This document shows positions 1-6,847 of a DNA stretch of 24,000 bases, piece after piece. The position numbers and the translations under genes are program-made. How positions within the stretch are numbered: position 1 is the stretch's first letter; each line of letters opens with the position of its first letter. The notes under the pieces are model-generated. The model was not told the DNA's origin. It ran no database searches and saw only the letters and a program-made list of their open reading frames with translations. The DNA is taken from sequence record MN434092.1, one strand, 5' to 3'. The stretch comes from Klebsiella phage AmPh_EK29.

Positions 1-1057
1 GACGACATATGAAGACTCTGTAACATTTGAGCAAAAAGGCGATGTAGACGTATCTGAACTACGGGTGGTTGTTTGCGACGAAGCCTCTATGTACGACCGA
101 AAACTGTTCCAGATTCTGATGGCCACCATTCCACGGTATTGTCTTGTCATTGCTATAGGCGATAAAGCTCAGATTCGTCCTGTAGAACCTGGCTCTACTG
201 TACCAGCTCTGTCGCCGTTCTTCAGTCATAAAGATTTTGACCAGCTTGAACTTGATGAAGTGATGCGTAGTAATGCTCCTATCATTAAAGTAGCTACAGA
301 TATCCGTAATGGTAAATGGATCTACGACCACCAACGTGACGATCATGGTGTTCACGGATTCACATCAACAACAGCTCTTAAAGATTTCATGATGAAGTAT
401 TTTGAAATCGTTAAAGACCCTGAAGATATGTTCGAAAACAAGATGTTTGCTTTCACTAACAAATCTGTTGATAAATTGAACTCTATTATTAGGCGACGAA
501 TTCTTGAGACAGAAGATGCTTTTATCACAGGTGAAGTTATAGTAATGCAAGAGCCTTTGATCAAAGAGCTTGAATTCGAAGGTAAGAGGTTTAACGACCT
601 TAAATTTAATAACGGGCAATATGTTCGTATTGTAAGTGCTGAATACGTTTCATCTTTTGTTTCTTGTAAAGGTGTCTCTGGTGAGTATATGCTTCGGCAC
701 TGGCGATTAACGGTAGAAACTTACGACAAAGATGAAGATTATCATCTAGAAACTATCAACGTTATCTCTGATGAACAAGAACAAAATAAGTTCCAGTTCT
801 TTTTGGCTAAGGCTGCTGATACATATCGCAACTGGCAGAAAGGTGGTAAAGCTCCATGGAAATCTTTCTGGGCCGCTAAACGCATGTTTCATAAAGTAAA
901 ACCTCTGCCGGCTTCAACATTCCATAAAGCCCAAGGGTTATCGGTCGATACGAGTTTCTTGTATACACCTTGTATTCATGTAGCTGATGCTGAATTAGCT
1001 CAACAATTATTGTACGTCGGCACTACCCGCGGACGCCATGATGTTTATTATGTATAG
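1..1057 (+). CDS. dda: Dda-like ATP-dependent DNA helicase, 5'-truncated by window edge
   Basis: Open frame continues to the window start (frame begins at nt 2). Walker-B-like VVVCDEASM, GDKAQIRPV, STFHKAQGLS and YVGTTRGRHDVYYV motifs of SF1 RecD/Dda helicases. Located directly upstream of dexA as in T4. Confidence 0.9.
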   Translation, partial: TTYEDSVTFEQKGDVDVSELRVVVCDEASMYDRKLFQILMATIPRYCLVIAIGDKAQIRPVEPGSTVPALSPFFSHKDFDQLELDEVMRSNAPIIKVATDIRNGKWIYDHQRDDHGVHGFTSTTALKDFMMKYFEIVKDPEDMFENKMFAFTNKSVDKLNSIIRRRILETEDAFITGEVIVMQEPLIKELEFEGKRFNDLKFNNGQYVRIVSAEYVSSFVSCKGVSGEYMLRHWRLTVETYDKDEDYHLETINVISDEQEQNKFQFFLAKAADTYRNWQKGGKAPWKSFWAAKRMFHKVKPLPASTFHKAQGLSVDTSFLYTPCIHVADAELAQQLLYVGTTRGRHDVYYV

Positions 1058-1064
1058 GTGAACT

Positions 1065-1286
1065 ATGTTACGCATTAACGAATATACAGCTAACAAATTA
1101 ATTGAATCTTATGACACTCGCCATGAAACCATGATGCCTCACCAAGCTGAAGCAATGTATAAGGTTCGTTGCATTTGTGAAAATGCTATTAGTGTTGCAT
1201 CTTATCTAGGAGCAACTCCAGACATCATTATTCCGAGCAGTTTAGTTGAAGTTATGTCAACAATTGCTTATGAAGGTAAACTATGA
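1065..1286 (+). CDS. hypothetical protein between dda and dexA
   Basis: 73-aa ORF, same strand, stop overlaps the start of dexA (tight operon packing). Confidence 0.65.
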   Translation: MLRINEYTANKLIESYDTRHETMMPHQAEAMYKVRCICENAISVASYLGATPDIIIPSSLVEVMSTIAYEGKL

Positions 1287-1966
1287 TTGATATTATTATC
1301 GACTACGAAACATTTGCTACAACTTCTAACTCTGCGGCAATTGATCTGAGTTTAATTGCCTATAACTCAGACCCTGAAGTGGTTCAATCTTTAGATGAAC
1401 TTATCTCTAAAGGCCTGCGGGTTAAATTCGACTTAGCTTCACAGAAAGGTGTCAGATTATTTTCTAAGTCGACATTAGCTTGGTGGAAGGACCAATCTCC
1501 AGAAGCCCGTAAGAACTTAGTCCCATCTGACGAAGATAAAACAGTTATCGAAGGCATTAAGATTGTCCTGGATTGGATTCGCGAACAAGGTGTAGATCCA
1601 TGGAACAGCCAGATGTGGTGCCGTGGAATGAGCTTCGATATTCCTATTTTCACAGATATGATTCGTGAATTGTATCGTGCTGAAGGCATTCCTGAAAATG
1701 AAATCGATACCTTTAAGCTTGAGCCTGTCAAGTTCTGGAATCAGCGTGATATCCGTACTGCTATTGAAGCGTACAGTATGGTACGCGGTATGACCACAAC
1801 TCCTCTGCCTAATGGTACTCTAAAAGGCTTCGTAGCTCATGATAGTCTTCATGATTGTGCTAAGGATATCTTAATGCTCAAATATGCTCAACGTTACGCT
1901 CTTGGCCTAGATGAATGTCCGTCTGAAGCTGAAGCCGATCCACTCTCATTGAGTAAAACGAGATAA
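1283..1966 (+). CDS. dexA: DexA-like exonuclease A (DEDD-type 3'-5' exonuclease)
   Basis: 227 aa, same size as T4 DexA. N-terminal IIDYET matches the DEDD exo I motif. Adjacent to dda. Confidence 0.9.
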   Translation: MIDIIIDYETFATTSNSAAIDLSLIAYNSDPEVVQSLDELISKGLRVKFDLASQKGVRLFSKSTLAWWKDQSPEARKNLVPSDEDKTVIEGIKIVLDWIREQGVDPWNSQMWCRGMSFDIPIFTDMIRELYRAEGIPENEIDTFKLEPVKFWNQRDIRTAIEAYSMVRGMTTTPLPNGTLKGFVAHDSLHDCAKDILMLKYAQRYALGLDECPSEAEADPLSLSKTR

Positions 1967-2581
1967 GTGTTCCACATAGTTTATAAAATCACTAATAAAC
2001 TCAATGGAAAATATTACCATGGGGTCCATAGTACTGAAAATTTAGATGATGGGTACTATGGATCTGGTAAATTGATAAAGCAAGCTATAAAGAAACACGG
2101 AAAGAGTTGCTTTACTAAAGAAATAGTAGGGCTCTTTGATTCTAGAAAGGAAGCTCTTCTTAAAGAACATGAACTTGCCAACCCAGACGATTCTAAATCA
2201 TATAATATGGCTATCGGTGGAGGTGGCGGAGGATTTTATAATAAATCTCATACTGACGAATTTAAAAAGTTAGTATCAAATCTCCATAAAGGTAAAGTTG
2301 TTTCTGAAGAGACTAAAAGCAAACTTAGGAAAGTTGTTAAACCGAAGGGAATTCCTAGACCTAAGTTTGTCAAGGATTCTATTTCTAAAACAGTTTCTGG
2401 CGAAGGCCATCCATCATTTATTAGTGGTTCGGTGAAAAGTGTTTCACCAGATGGTATTGAAACCATATACTCATCAAGGTATAATGCTGCAATGAGTATT
2501 GGGTTAAAATCTTCTTCTAACATTTCTAAGGCCATCAAAACTGGTGGAATATGTAAAGGTCGTAAATGGTATGAACTCTGA
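1967..2581 (+). CDS. GIY-YIG family homing endonuclease-like protein with NUMOD-like C-terminus
   Basis: 204 aa, GTG start directly abutting the dexA stop. N-terminus HIVYKITNKLNGKYYHGVHS...DGYYGSG...IKKHGKSCFTKEIV is GIY-YIG-like. Downstream KSHTDEF...SEETKSKLRK and GIETIYSSRYNAAMSIGLKSSSNISKAIKTGGICKGRKWYEL resemble NUMOD DNA-binding repeats. Confidence 0.85.
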   Translation: MFHIVYKITNKLNGKYYHGVHSTENLDDGYYGSGKLIKQAIKKHGKSCFTKEIVGLFDSRKEALLKEHELANPDDSKSYNMAIGGGGGGFYNKSHTDEFKKLVSNLHKGKVVSEETKSKLRKVVKPKGIPRPKFVKDSISKTVSGEGHPSFISGSVKSVSPDGIETIYSSRYNAAMSIGLKSSSNISKAIKTGGICKGRKWYEL

Positions 2582-2747
2582 TTTTGAGTATGATGAAAAC
2601 TTTGAAGAATGGTTTAACTCGACCATTCTTCCTGAAATCTCCCCAAGTATGGTTTTAGTTGTTAAAGCAACTATGGCGAAAGGTTGGGAAGCTGGTTATA
2701 ATTTTGGTGTTGACACTGGTATTGAACTTTCTAACTGTATTCGCTAA
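2571..2747 (+). CDS. hypothetical small protein
   Basis: Internal ATG at 2571 (MNSDFEYDENFEEW...) of the 2544-2747 ORF. Overlaps the 3' end of the endonuclease gene by 11 nt. Confidence 0.55.
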   Translation: MNSDFEYDENFEEWFNSTILPEISPSMVLVVKATMAKGWEAGYNFGVDTGIELSNCIR

Positions 2748-2756
2748 GGAAATAAA

Positions 2757-3137
2757 ATGATCCCTATTGACTCTCTGGTCTATGTATCCACTCAGTCCCG
2801 TTCCCGTATCGCCGGTAAATCCGGTGTTGTAGATGCCGTTCGTTTTGGTTGGCTTGGCGAAATTAAAGAATACGTTATTTCTTCTAACGGGGTCGTTGGC
2901 TATGTATCGCCTGAATATGTATCAGTGATTGGGACTGTGGCTCTCGATGATGATGACTACGATATCCGTGACGATCTTCTTTGTAAAGCAGTTCAAATCG
3001 AAACCCCATTCATCCGCGTATGCGGCTGGGTTACAGACCAGTGGGTTGAAGATGGCGTTGAACTGCTGAACGTAGTTCATGATGGCGATTACTCTGTGGT
3101 TCCGCGTTCCGCTGTGAAAAATATTATCACCAAGTAG
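2757..3137 (+). CDS. hypothetical protein
   Basis: 126-aa ORF, RBS-like GGAA upstream, packed between neighbours. Confidence 0.7.
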   Translation: MIPIDSLVYVSTQSRSRIAGKSGVVDAVRFGWLGEIKEYVISSNGVVGYVSPEYVSVIGTVALDDDDYDIRDDLLCKAVQIETPFIRVCGWVTDQWVEDGVELLNVVHDGDYSVVPRSAVKNIITK

Positions 3138-3166
3138 TTTACATCCAGGTAGGAGCATGATACTAT
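3138..3166 (+). promoter_or_regulatory. putative sigma70-type early promoter
   Basis: TTTACA (3138-3143), 17 bp, TACTAT (3161-3166), 32 nt upstream of the ORF at 3198. Confidence 0.65.
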
Positions 3167-3197
3167 GTTCCTACCAACCAAATGAGAGGAAAACAAA

Positions 3198-3419
3198 ATG
3201 AAAGTTGTAGCTACCACAAATTCAAATCGCGATGAATTCGAAGATGTTCTGTTTAACCCGGACTTAGTAGTTGTGCAGAAAGATATCACTGAATTTTTAT
3301 GCTGTACACAAATCGTGTATGTCTATAACAAATTAGGCGATACTCTTCCGGCTTATGCCATCTTCCGTGAAATCTCTGAAAACGGTACTGATTACTGGAA
3401 AGAAACTTACGAGGCCTAA
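3198..3419 (+). CDS. hypothetical protein
   Basis: 73-aa ORF with upstream GAGAGGAAAACAAA ribosome binding site and its own putative promoter. Confidence 0.7.
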   Translation: MKVVATTNSNRDEFEDVLFNPDLVVVQKDITEFLCCTQIVYVYNKLGDTLPAYAIFREISENGTDYWKETYEA

Positions 3420-3420
3420 A

Positions 3421-4134
3421 ATGCAAAACAAATATTTTCGCTTCATCAGTGATGACGCCCGTGCACAGTTTGAAGCCAACTATTCTTCGAACATTGATAT
3501 TGCTAATGCTATCCAGAATAGCATTTTTAAAGTTATTCAGGTTGCCATTGACAATGTCGTAGGTATCCAGTTTAAAAGCGGCGCTACTCTTACATATAGT
3601 AAAGATTGTCTTTACATAACCTGTAGCGAGATGGAAGAATTTTTTGTTGAAGTCTCCGGCTTTGACGGCGATTCAGGCATTTGGGAAGAAGGTGAAACCT
3701 ATATCTGCATCAATTTAAAAGGGTTGGTTCAACGTAGTAAGTTGAATGTTCGCTTTGCTGAACTAGTTCATTTAAATCGGTTTACGGTTTTAGCTGTTGA
3801 CCATAGCCTTGGCAGCCCTCGTGTTAAAACTGTTCAAGTTGGTAACCAGAAAATCAATCTAGCCCTAGTTCAAGCAGAGCGTTCATTCTTTAGGCGTTGG
3901 ACAGATTTCAAAAACAACATCAACGGTGATATGGTTGTTCAAGAATATCTCGATGAACTTGACGAACTCGGCGAACTTGATGAAACCCAAGATGCTGAGA
4001 ACGACGTCGGTACTGTTGATCCGGCTCCACTAGTCCTTGAAGGACCTGCAAAGATTGAACTAATCGTGTCAGATGAAAAATCTCGTCTGGCAGCAATTAA
4101 ATTTTTAGAAGGAACTCGTTTTGCCAACGTATAA
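3421..4134 (+). CDS. hypothetical protein
   Basis: Probable ATG at 3421 (MQNKYFRFISDDARAQ...) just after the preceding stop. 237 aa; the track start at 3355 overlaps the previous gene. Confidence 0.7.
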   Translation: MQNKYFRFISDDARAQFEANYSSNIDIANAIQNSIFKVIQVAIDNVVGIQFKSGATLTYSKDCLYITCSEMEEFFVEVSGFDGDSGIWEEGETYICINLKGLVQRSKLNVRFAELVHLNRFTVLAVDHSLGSPRVKTVQVGNQKINLALVQAERSFFRRWTDFKNNINGDMVVQEYLDELDELGELDETQDAENDVGTVDPAPLVLEGPAKIELIVSDEKSRLAAIKFLEGTRFANV

Positions 4135-4297
4135 CTATAAATGTGAAGCTTGTGACGAAGAGCGCGAGTATATTCGTAAAATCTCTGAACGGGATGAGCC
4201 GGTGGAGTGCCCGTTCCTGAATTGCGAAGGTAAAATGCACCGTACTGTGTCTGCTCCTGCAGTTCACTATGATGGTCTTAAATCGGGTGATTATTAA
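4121..4297 (+). CDS. small zinc-ribbon protein (FmdB-like CxxC)
   Basis: Not in the supplied ORF track. TTG start preceded by GAAGGA gives MPTYNYKCEACDEEREYIRKISERDEPVECPFLNCEGKMHRTVSAPAVHYDGLKSGDY* (58 aa). CxxC plus a later C-x4-C pair; the start resembles the MPxYxYxCxxC opening of FmdB zinc ribbons. Confidence 0.75.
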   Translation: MPTYNYKCEACDEEREYIRKISERDEPVECPFLNCEGKMHRTVSAPAVHYDGLKSGDY

Positions 4298-4389
4298 TGG
4301 GCTTTAAACCTCGGGTTAAAATGGCCTCCGGTGAAATGCAGGAATTTAAACTTACTAATGGCCGCACTGTAATACTTCGTAAGAAATAA
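4297..4389 (+). CDS. 30-aa basic peptide ORF
   Basis: ATG overlaps the previous TAA (TAATG). Translation MGFKPRVKMASGEMQEFKLTNGRTVILRKK*. Stop overlaps the edge of the following terminator stem. Confidence 0.45.
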   Translation: MGFKPRVKMASGEMQEFKLTNGRTVILRKK

Positions 4390-4405
4390 GGGCTTCGGCC
4401 CTTTT
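4388..4405 (+). terminator. Rho-independent terminator-like hairpin
   Basis: AAGGGC-TTCG-GCCCTT (4388-4403) followed by TTTT in the gap before gene 39. Confidence 0.75.
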
Positions 4406-4429
4406 GCTTTTTAGAATACGGGATAATAT
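4403..4429 (+). promoter_or_regulatory. candidate MotA-dependent middle promoter for gene 39
   Basis: TTTGCTTTT (4403-4411, near the T4 MotA box WWTGCTTTA), 12 bp, then TAATAT (4424-4429). No good -35 element in the sigma70 position. Confidence 0.5.
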
Positions 4430-4454
4430 AGCTTCCACTACAAGAGGAAATGAA

Positions 4455-6296
4455 ATGATTAAGAACGAAATTAAAGTACTTTCAGACGTTGAACATATCA
4501 AGAAACGTAGTGGGATGTATATTGGTAGCTCAGCGCATGAAGCCCATGAACGCTTTCTGTTCGGTAAACATATGTCTCTGATGTATGTTCCTGGCGTAGT
4601 TAAGCTGATTGATGAAATCATTGACAACTCTGTTGATGAAGCCATTCGTACAAGCTTTAAGTTCGCCAACAAAATTGATGTTGAAATCCGTGGAAATAAA
4701 GTTATCGTCGAAGATAACGGCCGAGGTATTCCTCAGGATTTAGTTGAAACTCAGACGGGTGAACAGATCCCAGGTCCGGTAGCTGCATGGACTATTCCAA
4801 AGGCTGGTGGTAACTTTGGCGATGACGCTGAGCGTAAGACAGGCGGCATGAATGGTGTCGGTAGTAGTTTAACCAATATCTTCTCTGTTTTGTTTGCAGG
4901 CGCCACCTGCGATGGAAATAATGAGATTACAGTACAGTGTTCTAACGGTATGGAATCAGTCAGTTGGCGTAAAGTTCCTGCCTCTAAGAAAGAACACGTC
5001 AAAGCTAAAACAGGAACAGTTGTTTCATTTATTCCAGACTTTGTTAACTTTGAAGTAAGTAGTCTGACTGATGTTTACAGCGAAATCACTTTAGATCGTC
5101 TACAAACTTTAGCCGTCATTTATCCGGATATTAAATTTACGTTTAACGGTAAAAAGGTTGATGGTAACTTTAAAAAGTTTGCTAAACAGTTTGGTGAGAG
5201 TGTAGTAATTCAAGAAACTGATAATGTTTCTATGGCATTTACTAATTCTGAAGATGGGTTCCGTCATCTGACTTATGTGAACAACATCCACACTAAAAAC
5301 GGTGGTCACCATGTTGAATGTGTATTCGATGATATCTGTGAACACCTTCTACCAGGCATTAAGCGCAAGTACAAAGGTATCGAAGTAACTAAGGCCCGTG
5401 TTAAAGAATGTATGACTATGGTTATGTTCATTCGTGATATGTCTAATATGCGCTTTGATTCTCAGACTAAAGAACGTTTGACCTCTCCTTTCGGTGAGAT
5501 CCGTAGTCATATTAAAATCGATGCCAAAAAGATTGCACAAAGCATTTTGAAAGATGAAGGCCTTATTATGCCTATCGTCGAAGCTGCTTTAGCTCGTAAA
5601 TTAGCTGCTGAAAAGGCTGCTGAAACTAAAGCTAATAAAAAAGCCGCTAAAGCTAAAGTAGAAAAGCATATCAAGGCTAACATGTATGGCAAAGATGCCG
5701 ACACAACCCTGTTCTTAACAGAGGGTGATTCTGCAATTGGTTATTTGATTGAAGTTCGCAATCGAGAACTTCACGGCGGATATCCATTACGTGGTAAGTT
5801 TATGAATACATGGGGTATGTCTGCTGTAGATATCCTAAAGAACAAAGAGGCCTTTGATATCTGTGCAATCACTGGATTAACTATCGGTGAATCTGCTGAA
5901 GGTATGAACTACAGAAATATCGCTATCATGACTGATGCTGACGTTGACGGCACTGGTTCAATCTATCCTTCACTGCTGGCTTTCTTTACCCAGTGGCCGG
6001 AACTATTTGAGCAAGGTCGAATTCGTTTTGTAAAAACTCCTGTTATTATCGCCCAAGTCGGTAAAAAACAAGAATGGTTCTATGATCTGCCTTCTTACGA
6101 TAAGGCTAAAGGATCTCTCGGTAAGCATAGTATTCGATATATTAAAGGGCTTGGTTCTTTGACCCGCGACGAGTATGAACGAGTTATCCAAGAACCTGTT
6201 TATGATGTAGTTAAACTGCCTGAAAATTGGAAAGATCTTTTTGAAATGCTGATGGGTAAAGATGCATCTAAGCGTAAAGCTTGGATGGCCGCTTAA
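4455..6296 (+). CDS. 39: DNA topoisomerase II (gyrase-like) large subunit, gp39/gp60 as a single polypeptide
   Basis: ATG at 4455 (MIKNEIKVLSDVEHIKKRSGMYIGSS) with GAGGAAAT upstream. GHKL motifs DEIIDNSVDEA, DNGRGIP, GGMNGVGSS; TOPRIM motifs LTEGDSAIG and MTDADVDG; continues into the gp60-like part without interruption. Confidence 0.95.
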   Translation: MIKNEIKVLSDVEHIKKRSGMYIGSSAHEAHERFLFGKHMSLMYVPGVVKLIDEIIDNSVDEAIRTSFKFANKIDVEIRGNKVIVEDNGRGIPQDLVETQTGEQIPGPVAAWTIPKAGGNFGDDAERKTGGMNGVGSSLTNIFSVLFAGATCDGNNEITVQCSNGMESVSWRKVPASKKEHVKAKTGTVVSFIPDFVNFEVSSLTDVYSEITLDRLQTLAVIYPDIKFTFNGKKVDGNFKKFAKQFGESVVIQETDNVSMAFTNSEDGFRHLTYVNNIHTKNGGHHVECVFDDICEHLLPGIKRKYKGIEVTKARVKECMTMVMFIRDMSNMRFDSQTKERLTSPFGEIRSHIKIDAKKIAQSILKDEGLIMPIVEAALARKLAAEKAAETKANKKAAKAKVEKHIKANMYGKDADTTLFLTEGDSAIGYLIEVRNRELHGGYPLRGKFMNTWGMSAVDILKNKEAFDICAITGLTIGESAEGMNYRNIAIMTDADVDGTGSIYPSLLAFFTQWPELFEQGRIRFVKTPVIIAQVGKKQEWFYDLPSYDKAKGSLGKHSIRYIKGLGSLTRDEYERVIQEPVYDVVKLPENWKDLFEMLMGKDASKRKAWMAA

Positions 6297-6298
6297 TT

Positions 6299-6316
6299 AA
6301 AGGGCTTCGGCCCTTT
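6299..6316 (+). promoter_or_regulatory. UUCG tetraloop hairpin between gene 39 and the next ORF
   Basis: AAAGGGC-TTCG-GCCCTTT perfect 7-bp stem immediately followed by GGAGG (SD of the next gene). No U-run on the + strand. Confidence 0.7.
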
Positions 6317-6325
6317 GGAGGTTAT

Positions 6326-6649
6326 ATGAATTTAGTAATGCAAAATAATGCGATAGTTAATTTAGATAACACAGCCAGAATGGTAATGGAATCTGCAATT
6401 AGGCGTGTTGAATTTATAGACTCAGACGCCGCCAGGAAGAAAAAGTACCTGCTGGCTGTAAGAAACATAGCCGATAAGATTAAAATGAACCAGGAGTTAA
6501 CCAGCGTTGAACGTGACTCAACTTTAAAGCTCATTTACTTGCACCGTGAAGAAAAGAGTACAATGGGTGAAATGAGACGAATCTTGGCTGAGCTTGGTTC
6601 TACCCGTGAGTACGTTCAACATAAGGTGGTCCAGAATGCGAAGCTATAG
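6326..6649 (+). CDS. hypothetical protein
   Basis: ATG 6326 with GGAGG 5 nt upstream. 107 aa MNLVMQNNAIVNLDNTARMV... Confidence 0.7.
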   Translation: MNLVMQNNAIVNLDNTARMVMESAIRRVEFIDSDAARKKKYLLAVRNIADKIKMNQELTSVERDSTLKLIYLHREEKSTMGEMRRILAELGSTREYVQHKVVQNAKL

Positions 6650-6676
6650 AGTTAACTTGAACTTGTTAGATAATGC

Positions 6677-6682
6677 TATATT
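6677..6682 (+). promoter_or_regulatory. possible extended -10 promoter
   Basis: TGCTATATT (TGn-TATATT), 14 nt upstream of the ATG at 6696. No convincing -35. Confidence 0.3.
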
Positions 6683-6695
6683 CAAAGAGTATAGA

Positions 6696-6839
6696 ATGAT
6701 TCAACGGTTCTTTGATATCGACGAAGCTGAGTTGTTTAAAGAACGCTTCACAGATATTCGTATTAAAATAACCCACGACTGTGCATCGGCCGAAGAGCTC
6801 TTAGAGTGCGCCGAATTGATTAAATTACATAATGATTAA
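6696..6839 (+). CDS. small hypothetical protein (rIIA.1 position)
   Basis: Likely real start ATG 6696 (MIQRFFDIDEAELFKERF...), 47 aa, ahead of rIIA. Confidence 0.5.
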   Translation: MIQRFFDIDEAELFKERFTDIRIKITHDCASAEELLECAELIKLHND

Positions 6840-6847
6840 GGTAAAAA

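Noticed and set aside
59-619. Minus-strand ORFs opposite dda (98, 70, 84 aa)
   Set aside because: Antisense to a clear helicase gene; no coding support.
1263-1287. AATTGCTTA-N11-TATGAT resembling a MotA-dependent promoter before dexA
   Set aside because: The -10-like element overlaps the dexA start codon, so the resulting transcript would start inside the gene; likely coincidental coding sequence.
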